Origin: an uncultured virus (IMG/VR IMGVR_UViG_3300034198_015519)
Lineage: Duplodnaviria; Heunggongvirae; Uroviricota; Caudoviricetes
Strand: one strand, 5' to 3'
DNA length: 64,000 nt
Virus record (IMG/VR): IMGVR_UViG_3300034198_015519
Location: 1 to 64,000 of that record
Below the pieces are notes generated by a model, which was given only the letters and a program-made list of their open reading frames with translations, was not told the DNA's origin and ran no database searches. Below, one piece after another: positions 9,624-19,454 of the stretch. Position 1 is the first letter of the stretch. The number at the start of each line of letters is the position of its first letter. Both the position numbers and the translations under genes were made by a program.

Positions 9624-9803
9624 ATGACAAATGAACAAAAAGCCCAAGTGTATAATCAACTAATGTTTGAACATACAAAACTATCCAATCAAATTAATGC
9701 AATTAAAGGTGAGAGTTTCGAATTAAATATGGAACAATTACAAAGAATTAGAGTGATAGAATCTAAGGTTAGGGATATCATGAATAGGTTATCTAAATTA
9801 TAA
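9624..9803 (+). CDS. Small coiled-coil hypothetical protein (59 aa, not in ORF track)
   Basis: MTNEQKAQVYNQLMFEHTKLSNQINAIKGESFELNMEQLQRIRVIESKVRDIMNRLSKL fills the intergenic gap. Confidence 0.7.
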   Translation: MTNEQKAQVYNQLMFEHTKLSNQINAIKGESFELNMEQLQRIRVIESKVRDIMNRLSKL

Positions 9804-9849
9804 TTTTTTTTATGGTTAGATGGTATATTTATAAGTAAACCAATTAACC

Positions 9850-9969
9850 ATGGCAAACGCAAAAAAAGAAGGAAAAAAGAAAAAGAGTAGAAAAAGTATT
9901 TTGAAAACTCTTAGGATGATTGAAAAAAATAATATTCTAATTGCAGAATATAAGAAATCACTTTCTTAA
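9850..9969 (+). CDS. Small basic protein (39 aa, not in ORF track)
   Basis: MANAKKEGKKKKSRKSILKTLRMIEKNNILIAEYKKSLS; TATTTAT at 9826. Confidence 0.6.
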   Translation: MANAKKEGKKKKSRKSILKTLRMIEKNNILIAEYKKSLS

Positions 9970-9991
9970 TATATTTATTTAAAAAATTATT

Positions 9992-10261
9992 ATGGAAAAC
10001 ATTATTAGATTGACAGAAACAGAATTAATCGATTTGGTTAAAAATGTTATAAGTGAACAAAACACCAGAAGAAAGCCAACACCTGAGGAAATAGCGAAAG
10101 GTAAAAAGACAGGATATTACACAGTGAAAAGTGGAGATGAAATGTTATTAATCGCTAAAGCATTCGGAGTTACTATTACGGACATCCAAAAGTTAAATGG
10201 ATTGACTAATAGTTACTTAAATGTGGGACAAAAATTAAGAGTAGTTAATAAAATTTATTAA
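9992..10261 (+). CDS. LysM-domain protein with leader
   Basis: YTVKSGD...IAKAFGVTITDIQKLNGL...LNVGQKLRV is a canonical LysM. Confidence 0.85.
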   Translation: MENIIRLTETELIDLVKNVISEQNTRRKPTPEEIAKGKKTGYYTVKSGDEMLLIAKAFGVTITDIQKLNGLTNSYLNVGQKLRVVNKIY

Positions 10262-10279
10262 TATTGTAAAATATAATTG

Positions 10280-10307
10280 AACCCCCACCCTATCGGTGGG
10301 GTTTTTT
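10280..10307 (+). terminator. Intrinsic terminator
   Basis: CCCCACC-ctatc-GGTGGGG followed by a T-run. Confidence 0.75.
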
Positions 10308-10331
10308 AGTTTATAAACTATTTATTAAAAT

Positions 10332-11165
10332 ATGTTACAAATAGAAAAAATAATAACGTACGCACAAAGACTAAAAACTTTTTTAGAGGGGGAAGATTAC
10401 CACACCCATAATATCACTACTTTTATTATCATTTTAAAAAAAGATGATATGGTAACATTATTTTTATCTAAATTAAGTAATGGTGATAAAGTAAAAGTAG
10501 CATACGCTACTTATTATTTACTTAAAGATTTTAGTGAGATTGAAGTTAAAAACATCATTAATAATTTAAGGTATTATGAGTTAAAGGTTTATAATGAACC
10601 TGAATATGAAGAAGAGTCTTGTGATGATTGTAGTGGTCACGGTAGGGAGGATTGCGATAGTTGTCAGGGGGATGGTGATGTTGAATGTGATGAATGTGAA
10701 GGTACGGGTCAGTTAGAGTGTTCTAGTTGTGATGGTAGTGGTGAAGAATCTGATGGTGAAACATGTTACAGATGTGACGGTTCAGGGGAAGAATCTTGCT
10801 ATTCATGTAATGGGGATGGTCGAGTAACATGTGGTGCTTGTGATGGTGACGGTGATTTTGAGTGTCAAACTTGTCGTGGTAGGGGTGAAGTTGAGGGTAA
10901 TGAGTTGGCATACGATGAAGAAATACTGTTGGTTGCCTACGTTAAAAAAAGTGATACTCCTGAAATAGAACTGAATGAAGTAATGGATCTTGATGATTAT
11001 GAAAAAATCCAAAGGGGACTTGACCACTCAGGGATTATCATCAGACATTTTTATGGTAAAACTGAAACTGAATATTCTTTATATCAAAAGTATAGAATAG
11101 AGATGGACGACTATTATATTTTTGAAAGTGAGGGTAAAATGGATGATTATCCATGGGCTTGGTAA
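10332..11165 (+). CDS. Protein with DnaJ-type CxxCxGxG zinc-finger repeats
   Basis: Eight CxxCxGxG units; no J-domain HPD motif. Confidence 0.8.
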   Translation: MLQIEKIITYAQRLKTFLEGEDYHTHNITTFIIILKKDDMVTLFLSKLSNGDKVKVAYATYYLLKDFSEIEVKNIINNLRYYELKVYNEPEYEEESCDDCSGHGREDCDSCQGDGDVECDECEGTGQLECSSCDGSGEESDGETCYRCDGSGEESCYSCNGDGRVTCGACDGDGDFECQTCRGRGEVEGNELAYDEEILLVAYVKKSDTPEIELNEVMDLDDYEKIQRGLDHSGIIIRHFYGKTETEYSLYQKYRIEMDDYYIFESEGKMDDYPWAW

Positions 11166-11180
11166 TGAAATGACGTACGG

Positions 11181-11597
11181 ATGAGAAGAGATTACATAAT
11201 ACAATGTATCGGTGATATTCAATCACATGATGGTTTGTGTATTATGATATTAAATTTAAATGATAGTTTTATTGGTGAAACAAACATGACTACATTAGAT
11301 TATGGAAAAGAAAGATCGGAATCGTACGTAGAATTATTGGGTAACAAACCTAAATTTTTTAATAATGAAAATACGGTTTACCAATTTGGTTTAAAAGTAT
11401 TTGAGGATTTTCAAAAACAAGGGTGGGGAGAAAAATTAAAATTAGAGTGTCACAAAATTGCTTGGGAATCAGGATATAGTTATATAACAAATATTGTTAG
11501 AAGAGATAATGTTGGTTCACAAAAATTAATGAATAAATTAGAATATAAAAGATTACGTGGTAATGATATTCGAGACCTATACTATTACGAATTATAA
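11181..11597 (+). CDS. GNAT family N-acetyltransferase
   Basis: V.EDFQKQGWG motif A and N.GSQKL.NKLEY motif B. Confidence 0.75.
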   Translation: MRRDYIIQCIGDIQSHDGLCIMILNLNDSFIGETNMTTLDYGKERSESYVELLGNKPKFFNNENTVYQFGLKVFEDFQKQGWGEKLKLECHKIAWESGYSYITNIVRRDNVGSQKLMNKLEYKRLRGNDIRDLYYYEL

Positions 11598-12046
11598 TGT
11601 TTACTGAAGAAGAAATAAAAAAAATTAATAAAAGTTTGGAGAATCAAGAATTTGAAACTCAAGTTGGTTTATATCCTGATTCGGTAGAAAACCATACATT
11701 AACTTTTTCATTTGAAATTGTTGGGATAAGAAAAATGATTTCAGTCGGTGAGTATTATGATTATGCATTTTATGATATAACGATTTTAGATGTCTCAGAC
11801 ACACTAAAAAAATACTTATCAATTGTCCTTGATATCTTTTATCAAAATAAACTTGAGGGGACGATGAAAGAAAGATTAGAATATTGGTTCAAAAAAGATA
11901 GTTATATTCTTAGAAAGGTTAATGAAGAAATTGATGATCTTTTAGGATATTACCATACGGGTGATTATACACGTAGTAGTATGAGAGACGTTTATCTATC
12001 CGATAAACTAGTTGAGGAAATACAAAATACTGTTATTGAAAAATAA
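11597..12046 (+). CDS. Hypothetical protein
   Basis: TAATG-coupled ORF. Confidence 0.7.
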   Translation: MFTEEEIKKINKSLENQEFETQVGLYPDSVENHTLTFSFEIVGIRKMISVGEYYDYAFYDITILDVSDTLKKYLSIVLDIFYQNKLEGTMKERLEYWFKKDSYILRKVNEEIDDLLGYYHTGDYTRSSMRDVYLSDKLVEEIQNTVIEK

Positions 12047-12127
12047 CAAAAGGTCGGCTTAGGACCGATATAGCAACGGCTATATAAAACCCCCATCAGT
12101 GTCGCTACCAATGGGGGTTTGTTTTTT

Positions 12128-12556
12128 TTAGTCGATAGAAACTACTTCTAAATCGAAGATAAGTTTTTTACCTGCTAATGCGTGGTTAGGGTCTAAAACA
12201 ACACTATCCTCTTTTACTTCTTTAACGGTAAAAATAATAGGACCCATCTCAGTTTGTGCTTGAATTTGCATACCAACCTCAACTTCACCTGGCATTTGGT
12301 CTTTAGGAACTTCTTGAATCACATCTTCAATATACTCACCGTACGCTTCTCCACATTCGATTTCAATTGTTTTTGTTTCTCCTTCAGCCATATCCAATAG
12401 ACCGTCTTCAAAACCTTTAATAAGTTGACCTTCTCCTAATTTTGCGTTAAGTGGTTCACGACCTTCAACCATTGATGTGTCAAAAATTGTCCCATCTTCT
12501 AATTTCCCCGTGTAGTTAACAGTCACGGTACTGTTGTTTAATACTTTCTTCATCAT
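12128..12556 (-). CDS. FKBP-type peptidyl-prolyl isomerase (SlyD/FkpB-like)
   Basis: VNYTGKLEDGTIFDTS, GQLIKGFEDGL, EAYG and NHALAGKKLIFDLEVV; has the insert-in-flap domain and lacks the His-rich tail. Confidence 0.92.
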   Translation of the reverse strand: MMKKVLNNSTVTVNYTGKLEDGTIFDTSMVEGREPLNAKLGEGQLIKGFEDGLLDMAEGETKTIEIECGEAYGEYIEDVIQEVPKDQMPGEVEVGMQIQAQTEMGPIIFTVKEVKEDSVVLDPNHALAGKKLIFDLEVVSID

Positions 12557-12618
12557 TTTTGTTTTTTTAATTTTAATCATTATTATTTATATAGTAAAAC
12601 TATTTATTAAAAAAAACT

Positions 12619-12936
12619 ATGTGGAGTAGAAAACAACAAACAATTCAAAGTACTAATTTAATTGCTGAAGAAAGATACCTTAATCAAAAATTCTCATTGA
12701 AAGAAGAGGAAGAAAATCAATTACCTGAATTTCAAGTAACACCTGAAGGATTTGGTAAATATAAAATTAAATATACTTGGAAGTCTAAAGGTGTAACAAT
12801 ACCTAAGGATGCTAGAGAGGCCGAGATATTCCAAGACCCAAAATTTGAATCGATTACTAAAATTTATACTAACCAAAAAGATGCTCAATTGGCTGTTGAC
12901 GATATGATAAGAACTAAATCCTCTTTGTTTAAATAA
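12619..12936 (+). CDS. Hypothetical protein
   Basis: TATTTAT at 12601; leader ends in LKEE. Confidence 0.7.
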   Translation: MWSRKQQTIQSTNLIAEERYLNQKFSLKEEEENQLPEFQVTPEGFGKYKIKYTWKSKGVTIPKDAREAEIFQDPKFESITKIYTNQKDAQLAVDDMIRTKSSLFK

Positions 12937-12958
12937 TATTTTTTATTATCTTTACAAA

Positions 12959-13252
12959 ATGAAAAAAATAGAAACATTAGAATTACCCGAAATCAAATCT
13001 TTGTGTAAAAAATACGGAATTGGTGTTATTGGAGATAAAAAAACCTTAATAAAAAACCTTAAGTATTATTTGGACCCAGTTCAAGACGTTTTAAATACTC
13101 ATCAGGGTAGAAAATTACCTCAAGGTAAAACCATTGTGGGTGTGAAAGTATCTGAAAAAGAAAGAATCAATCGAATTTTAAAATCAAAGGGAAGCTTTAT
13201 GTATTATTCGTTAGGGTACCAATATTATTTGGTGGATAAAGATTTAGTTTAA
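12959..13252 (+). CDS. SAP-like domain basic protein
   Basis: LELPEIKSLCKKYGI...GDKKTLIKNL fits the SAP pattern. Confidence 0.6.
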   Translation: MKKIETLELPEIKSLCKKYGIGVIGDKKTLIKNLKYYLDPVQDVLNTHQGRKLPQGKTIVGVKVSEKERINRILKSKGSFMYYSLGYQYYLVDKDLV

Positions 13253-13281
13253 CGAAGTATTTATAAATAAAGTCTTTAAAA

Positions 13282-13761
13282 ATGTTGTTTAATAATTTAT
13301 CAGATGGGGTGTTAAGAATGGTATTAACATCTATGCATGAAAGATTTGAAGAGAATGATATTGAAATAGACTTAGATAGTTATGATCTTTATGAAGGTGA
13401 TGTTGTTGAAATTATTAACGATATTTTAAAATACTTTGGTATTGATAATGCGGGATCTGAAGAATGGGGATTTTTTATTTCATTATATTTAGATAATCCT
13501 GATTATTCTAATATGGATGTTAGACTTGTTAAACCTGAATTAAAAAAATATAATGTTATACATTCAGAAGATATGGTAATTTATAAAACCACTAAATATC
13601 TTAATGAAATTTCATCATATATACCATTAACGGAAAACATCATTTATAGTATGAGAAATACTGGTGAATATGATTATTGGGATGGTAGAATTATTGGTGA
13701 AGATATCTATGACAGTGAAGTAAATGAAGATAACATAGATGATATACAACTGATTAAATAG
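13282..13761 (+). CDS. Acidic hypothetical protein
   Basis: ORF track; TATTTAT at 13258. Confidence 0.7.
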   Translation: MLFNNLSDGVLRMVLTSMHERFEENDIEIDLDSYDLYEGDVVEIINDILKYFGIDNAGSEEWGFFISLYLDNPDYSNMDVRLVKPELKKYNVIHSEDMVIYKTTKYLNEISSYIPLTENIIYSMRNTGEYDYWDGRIIGEDIYDSEVNEDNIDDIQLIK

Positions 13762-13763
13762 AA

Positions 13764-14927
13764 ATGGGTAGACAATTTATTATAACGGAAAATGATAAAC
13801 AAAGAATTTTATCTTTGTATGGTTTAATTAATGAGGAAACCACAACGTCAATTGTTGGTAAGGTGGTTTCTGATTATGTTATGTCTGCGGATATCCTTAA
13901 TTATAGTGAGAGTAAAACCCCTGTAGAGGATGTTGAGGTTATACTATCAACAATAGAGAACGGGTATTTAGTGAAGGAACAAAATACCACAAAAACAGAT
14001 TCGGAAGGTAAATTTAAATTTGGAAATTTAAATGTTACATCAAACATTTTAATTACTATTCCTGAATTTGGGTCTTTTAAGAAATTAGAAAAAAAATTAA
14101 AAACAATTAAACTTAACGTTGAAACCAATGTGGGAGATTTGGTGTTAACACCTAAAGATGAAGTTATTAATAAACCAACCTCATCTGAACTTAACCCATG
14201 TGGGGATTTTAAATCTACCGAAGACGAATATTATGGATATGGAGAAGGACCTATGGATGTTTCATCGTGGGACCCTAACAATTTGACATTATCCAAACCG
14301 GTAATTATGGCATTACAGTCCGCAGTTTTAGAATACTTTAAAACTAATGAAGATGTAAATGCCAATCTTGAAGAAATTACGGACGCAGTTGCTGATATTA
14401 AAAATAAATTGGATTATGAAATAGTTTGTAATAAAAATATTATGAACAATAATTATGTTGTTGTTAAAATTACTAAAGAAGGATTTGAAAAATTTATTTT
14501 AGATTTGATGATGTCGAATAACGAAATCACACCAGAAACTGAAAGTAAAATTGAATTTGAAGATATCCCTTTTAAGGAGGCATTACAAAGGTCTTGGGAT
14601 TTTGATAGAAATATATTTTTATTAGTAGGTTTAAATAGTGATGACAACACCAAAGAAACGTTAAACAAATTAAACTCATCAAAGAATAACGTTGATGTAT
14701 TAAATTCGTCCAAATACTTACCATTATATTACCAAGTTGATAGAAGTAACGAAGACCATTATATGGCGGCATCGGAACCTTTGAATATTGATACCTACCC
14801 TACTGTGGTTGTGTTGAAAGCATCTAAGGACCCTAAAACAAATTACATTAAAGATAGTATTGAAACGTTATCAAAGATAGATGGGGTGTCTAATGATTTG
14901 ACATCTCTTGATGATTTAAAATTATAA
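13764..14927 (+). CDS. Leader-bearing protein with carboxypeptidase-regulatory-like and thioredoxin-like segments
   Basis: IVGKVV...PVEDVEV...TKTDSEGKFKF; C-terminal FKEALQ...IDTYPTVVVL. Confidence 0.6.
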   Translation: MGRQFIITENDKQRILSLYGLINEETTTSIVGKVVSDYVMSADILNYSESKTPVEDVEVILSTIENGYLVKEQNTTKTDSEGKFKFGNLNVTSNILITIPEFGSFKKLEKKLKTIKLNVETNVGDLVLTPKDEVINKPTSSELNPCGDFKSTEDEYYGYGEGPMDVSSWDPNNLTLSKPVIMALQSAVLEYFKTNEDVNANLEEITDAVADIKNKLDYEIVCNKNIMNNNYVVVKITKEGFEKFILDLMMSNNEITPETESKIEFEDIPFKEALQRSWDFDRNIFLLVGLNSDDNTKETLNKLNSSKNNVDVLNSSKYLPLYYQVDRSNEDHYMAASEPLNIDTYPTVVVLKASKDPKTNYIKDSIETLSKIDGVSNDLTSLDDLKL

Positions 14928-14952
14928 ACAGATATTTATTAAATAAATTATT

Positions 14953-15315
14953 ATGGACAACAAGATTAAACAAGAATTACAAGAAATGAAGTACCTTTTT
15001 GGTTATAAGGCTGGGAAAGTTATTTCAGAACAAGAGAATAGACCTGTCGAAGAAGACATGGATATGATAGACTTAAATACGGATGCAGATATGGACGTAT
15101 TAGACATTGAGGATATGGATGATGTGGAATTTGGTGATACCACTATAAAACCACAAGTAAGACCTGATGTCGATACACCAACAAAACCTAAAAAACCTGG
15201 TACACCTTATAGTCCAAAACCAGGACCTAAGAAGAACCCTAAAGCTGAGGATGAAAGTGGATTACCTAATTGGTTATCTTTTGATGAATTAGGAATTGAA
15301 ATGGGAGAGGAATAA
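14953..15315 (+). CDS. Leader-bearing acidic/Pro-Lys-rich protein
   Basis: Leader ends in VISEQ; TATTTAT at 14933. Confidence 0.75.
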   Translation: MDNKIKQELQEMKYLFGYKAGKVISEQENRPVEEDMDMIDLNTDADMDVLDIEDMDDVEFGDTTIKPQVRPDVDTPTKPKKPGTPYSPKPGPKKNPKAEDESGLPNWLSFDELGIEMGEE

Positions 15316-16595
15316 TGAAAAAACATCTATTAGAAGAAAAAAATCTATTAAGAGCAAAACTTGTTCTTGAAGGTCTGTCAGATAATGAGATGGACAGATT
15401 GGCAACCATTAATTCCAAACTTAATGAAGCTCCTATAGATTATGAAGGACCTGAAAGAATGGAACCGGGTATCGAAAGAAAAATCACAGGTAAAGAAACT
15501 CCTTACCATAACTTCCCTGCTATCCCAAAAATGGATAGAGACTTTATTGAATTGATTTCATCTAAAAGATTTAAAGATTCAGTAGAGAAAGTAAGAAGAT
15601 ACATGGGTAACACACAAGTTATTCAAGGGGGTAACCCACTTATGCAATTGATGATGACTGTTATGCAGTCTATGCAACAAATTGTCGGTATTCAAATGAG
15701 ACACAAAGAAGAATTGGAGCAACTAGCGATTAAACTTGTTCAAGAAGAGATGGGTATTCCTGAAGGTGCGATGCAATTCAAAGCTGAACTTGTAATGCAA
15801 CCGATGGGTGCTGCCGAAGGGATGCAATCTGAACCTGAATTACCATCAGAAGAAGAAGTTGAGGAGTTTATGGGTGACATGGAAACTTTTAATTTAGAAA
15901 GATCTAAAAGAAGATTCATTAATTCACTCATCCAAGGGGCCGCGTTTAAGGGAGGACATATGTATGTTTTAGTTTCTAACGAACTTAACGATATGGACCC
16001 AAGATTATTAAATCTTTATGGTGTATCACAAGCATTAATGGAACATGCTTATTGGATTTTCCCTGATATGGAAGGTATGGCCGGTGGTGGCGGTGGTCAA
16101 ATGGGTCAATCAGAGGTTGATGAAGAAACAGACCCACCAACAGTTAAGGCAAAGGCGGTAACATTCCCATTATTGGTTCACGAATTAGTTAAAGGTGTGT
16201 ATGAAATCTTTGGAACTCACGGTTTACCTGATGATCCAAAACAACAAGAGATGATTTTAAATGCTGAAGATACATTACCAGCGGAAATATGGGATTCAAG
16301 ACTTGGTCCTATCTTTTGGGAGAAGTTTACGTCTACCTATCCTATGGAATTGTTTGATGAAGATAAAAAACACATCCAACACTACTTGTTTATGCGATTT
16401 TCGGCACTTGACGCTAAAGAATTCTTTAAAATTGCACAATTAATAATGAATGATGACCCTAAAGGTAGACAATTCATTGAAAGATTGGTTGATGGTATCA
16501 TAAATGACTTAAAAAAACAAGCTTACAAAGAAGCATTACCAGATGAAGATGATGATAATTATGACGACATCGATTTATCGGATTTAGGATTATAA
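15315..16595 (+). CDS. Hypothetical protein (426 aa)
   Basis: Long translationally coupled ORF; HELVKG motif; no family recognised. Confidence 0.8.
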   Translation: MKKHLLEEKNLLRAKLVLEGLSDNEMDRLATINSKLNEAPIDYEGPERMEPGIERKITGKETPYHNFPAIPKMDRDFIELISSKRFKDSVEKVRRYMGNTQVIQGGNPLMQLMMTVMQSMQQIVGIQMRHKEELEQLAIKLVQEEMGIPEGAMQFKAELVMQPMGAAEGMQSEPELPSEEEVEEFMGDMETFNLERSKRRFINSLIQGAAFKGGHMYVLVSNELNDMDPRLLNLYGVSQALMEHAYWIFPDMEGMAGGGGGQMGQSEVDEETDPPTVKAKAVTFPLLVHELVKGVYEIFGTHGLPDDPKQQEMILNAEDTLPAEIWDSRLGPIFWEKFTSTYPMELFDEDKKHIQHYLFMRFSALDAKEFFKIAQLIMNDDPKGRQFIERLVDGIINDLKKQAYKEALPDEDDDNYDDIDLSDLGL

Positions 16596-16597
16596 AA

Positions 16598-16891
16598 ATG
16601 AAAAAAATGATAAAAAGAATCACAGAAACGGAAATTAACAGAATTGTTAAAAATATTGTTAATGAAAATGAAGATTTCGTAACCGGAATATCAGCATCTG
16701 AAAGAACTGAGTTGGTTGATGACGTAATTAATAGAATAAATGAACATGGGACAGACTATATTGTTGAATTAAACAAATTAAATAGTGAATTCCCTGTTGA
16801 AAGATATAAAAGACAAGAAAGAACAAGAAGAACTGATTTTGAATTACCAAAAGGTGTCAGAGTTAAAAGTAGTATCTTTCCTGAAGACTAA
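16598..16891 (+). CDS. Leader-bearing hypothetical protein
   Basis: MKKMIKRITETEINRIVKNIVNE. Confidence 0.75.
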   Translation: MKKMIKRITETEINRIVKNIVNENEDFVTGISASERTELVDDVINRINEHGTDYIVELNKLNSEFPVERYKRQERTRRTDFELPKGVRVKSSIFPED

Positions 16892-16911
16892 TACATCAAT
16901 AAATCTAACTG

Positions 16912-16945
16912 AAACCCCATTTGAATTAATCATATGGGGTTTTTT
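16912..16945. terminator. Terminator between convergent genes
   Basis: AAACCCCAT...ATGGGGTTT stem followed by a T-run. Confidence 0.65.
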
Positions 16946-16946
16946 A

Positions 16947-18221
16947 TTATAAAAACATTGATTTTGAACGTTTTTTACGGTGAAATGTAATAACAAACCT
17001 GTGAACCTCGTCTTGAATAGACCCAAGTAGGTTAAAAAACTTAGATTTTTCAAATTTTACACTATTTCCGTCACAAAAATGGATAATATCTGACTTGTGA
17101 GACGAATTTTTACCAATTGATAACAAATCTACCCTATTAAGTAGTGAAAGTTCCTCAAAAACCTTCTTTACTACCCCTAATTGTCCTTTACCGCCATCAA
17201 TCACTACCATATCAGGTAGTTTTTTACGTTCTTTTAATAATCTTGTAAACCTTCTACGTAAAACCTCATCAAAAGACGCATAATCGTCAGGACCATCTAC
17301 CGTTTTAATGTTAAATTTACGGTATTCTGATGTGTTTTTCTTACCATTTGTGTACCTAACAAGGGCAGATACCTGACAATCACCCATAATATGTGAATTA
17401 TCGTACATTTCTATGTCAATTGGGGTGTTTTTTAACCCATAAGTGGTCTTAAACTCGTCCGCAATCACTAAATAACCACCAATTCTTGACGATTCTACAC
17501 ATTTTTCATACTTATCAAGAGCATTTAACCTAAATTTAATGGTATTTGCCTGTTCAAACTCCATATTTTTACTAAATGCGTTCATTTTACGGGTTAATTT
17601 ACCCCTAAGTTGGTCAAAATTGAATAAAATTACCTGTTTTAGGTCAGATATAACCTCACGATAGATAAATTTGTTAATATTTGACACACAAGGAGCATCA
17701 CACCTACCCATATGATACTCTAAACAGACCTTAAACTTATCATTTTCAATGTTTTCGGGGGTTAATTCATAAGAACAGGACCGTAAATTGAATATATCGT
17801 GTAATAAATCATACATTTCATGACATAAACTACTACTTGGTACCTCAATTAATGGTTCAGAGTCTAAAGTTGTGTCATTTTTTACCACTAAACGAGGAAA
17901 ATTGTCATTTGTAAGGGTTAAATACCATTTTTTTGACCGATCGTCCTTTAATTTGATGTTAAATTTAGGATTATGGGTCTTAATAAGGTCATTTTCAAGA
18001 ATTAATGCTGAATTTTCGTCTAAAGTGGTCAAAAAATCAACATCTACAACGTTTTCTACCAATATTTTGGTCTTTGTTGAGTGATTTTTGTTAGAAAAGT
18101 ACGATTTTACCCTATTTGGGAGGTATTTTGACTTACCAACATAGATAATTTGACCTTTTTTGTCTTTAAAAAGGTAACAACCACTACTTTTTGGGATATT
18201 TTTGAGTTTTTCTACTAACAT
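16947..18221 (-). CDS. uvrC: Excinuclease ABC subunit C-like protein (compact, no C-terminal HhH)
   Basis: GIY-YIG (GCYLF...IIYVGKS...RVKSYF), Cys cluster, UVR domain, RNase H-like DNSH, PDDYAS, IDGGKGQL and QDEVHRF. Confidence 0.92.
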   Translation of the reverse strand: MLVEKLKNIPKSSGCYLFKDKKGQIIYVGKSKYLPNRVKSYFSNKNHSTKTKILVENVVDVDFLTTLDENSALILENDLIKTHNPKFNIKLKDDRSKKWYLTLTNDNFPRLVVKNDTTLDSEPLIEVPSSSLCHEMYDLLHDIFNLRSCSYELTPENIENDKFKVCLEYHMGRCDAPCVSNINKFIYREVISDLKQVILFNFDQLRGKLTRKMNAFSKNMEFEQANTIKFRLNALDKYEKCVESSRIGGYLVIADEFKTTYGLKNTPIDIEMYDNSHIMGDCQVSALVRYTNGKKNTSEYRKFNIKTVDGPDDYASFDEVLRRRFTRLLKERKKLPDMVVIDGGKGQLGVVKKVFEELSLLNRVDLLSIGKNSSHKSDIIHFCDGNSVKFEKSKFFNLLGSIQDEVHRFVITFHRKKRSKSMFL

Positions 18222-18278
18222 TTAAGCTAAAATACTCATTTTTACAGTAAAAACCAACAAAAAAGACTATTTATTAGT

Positions 18279-18833
18279 ATGAAAATCATAATTACAGAGT
18301 CACAATACCGTTTTTTGGTTGAAAATACCCAAGAAATAGACCAAATTTTGGATAAAATGAACGAAATTGGGTACGAAAACCTTGAAAATGAGGAAAAAAT
18401 GACCCTAAAATCGTATTCTGAATGGTTAAATAGTGGTAAAAAGGGTGAATTTACCCCCCAAAACACCCCTAAAAACACCGATTTTGAGGGTAAAACAGGT
18501 GAAAAATGGACCCGTACATTACAAGATGGTAGTGAGTTTACTTTCCAATTTGACTATGAAGAGATAGAAAATGATGTAGAATTATACTTCGGTGTGGTTA
18601 AATGGAATGATACTGAATGGGTTGGTTGTATTGTTGCTGAAAAAGATGGTTCTTTAGCTCTTTTAGACTTTGTTGAGGATACTGGTGATTACGAAACTTA
18701 TGATAACATGCAGATTTCATCTAAATTCGAACCAAAATCACATAGATATCTAAATAGTGAACTTGGTAATTTAGAAGATGAGGTTGATTATTTTGTTGAA
18801 GAAGTGATTATTCCTGAATTAAGCGATAATTAA
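18279..18833 (+). CDS. Hypothetical protein with MKIIITESQ leader
   Basis: TATTTAT at 18268. Confidence 0.75.
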   Translation: MKIIITESQYRFLVENTQEIDQILDKMNEIGYENLENEEKMTLKSYSEWLNSGKKGEFTPQNTPKNTDFEGKTGEKWTRTLQDGSEFTFQFDYEEIENDVELYFGVVKWNDTEWVGCIVAEKDGSLALLDFVEDTGDYETYDNMQISSKFEPKSHRYLNSELGNLEDEVDYFVEEVIIPELSDN

Positions 18834-18860
18834 GATATTTATATATTAAAAAATAAAAAG

Positions 18861-19325
18861 ATGATAACTAAAAAAGAATTAATTAAAAAAGGTTTCAGTT
18901 CATCTTCATTGGTCTCCGAACAAGAAGAAGAAAAAGAGATGGATAAAAAACCATCAGGAAATGGTAAATTTACAGAAATGATGTCATTACTACTTCATTC
19001 AAGAACACAAGTACATACATTACATTTACAAACAAATTCATACCCTGAACACATGGCATTAAATGGGTATTACAACGGTATAGGAGATATCATTGATGGG
19101 TTAGTTGAATCATTCCAAGGAAAATACGGAATTTTAAATGGATACAAATCTTACGACATTGAGGGATATAAAAGTACTGAATCAACTATTAAATATTTAC
19201 AAGATCTTTGTGGTAAAGTTGAGGATTTAAGGGATTGTTGTGATGACTCATACATTCAAAACCAAATTGATACTGTTTGTGAATTAATAAACTCAACATT
19301 ATATAAATTACGTTTTTTAAAATAA
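18861..19325 (+). CDS. Ferritin/Dps-like four-helix protein (DUF5856-like)
   Basis: H..HLQT.SY.EH.AL..YY......D.LVE..QG and C-terminal LYKLRFLK. Confidence 0.7.
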   Translation: MITKKELIKKGFSSSSLVSEQEEEKEMDKKPSGNGKFTEMMSLLLHSRTQVHTLHLQTNSYPEHMALNGYYNGIGDIIDGLVESFQGKYGILNGYKSYDIEGYKSTESTIKYLQDLCGKVEDLRDCCDDSYIQNQIDTVCELINSTLYKLRFLK

Positions 19326-19454
19326 AGGCGTATCACCTGAGCGATGAACCGTGGCGTAAGTCACGGTTTTTTTATGCTCTAAAATATAATATTCATACAA
19401 CACTAATCTATAATTTTACCACATAAAAACCCCCATCCGAAGATTAGGTTTTTT

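Noticed and set aside
10332..11165. dnaJ assignment
   Set aside because: Only the zinc-finger repeats are present; no J-domain or C-terminal substrate-binding domain.
15315..16595. Zinc metalloprotease call from HELVKG
   Set aside because: The motif is HExxK, not HExxH, and there is no other supporting motif.
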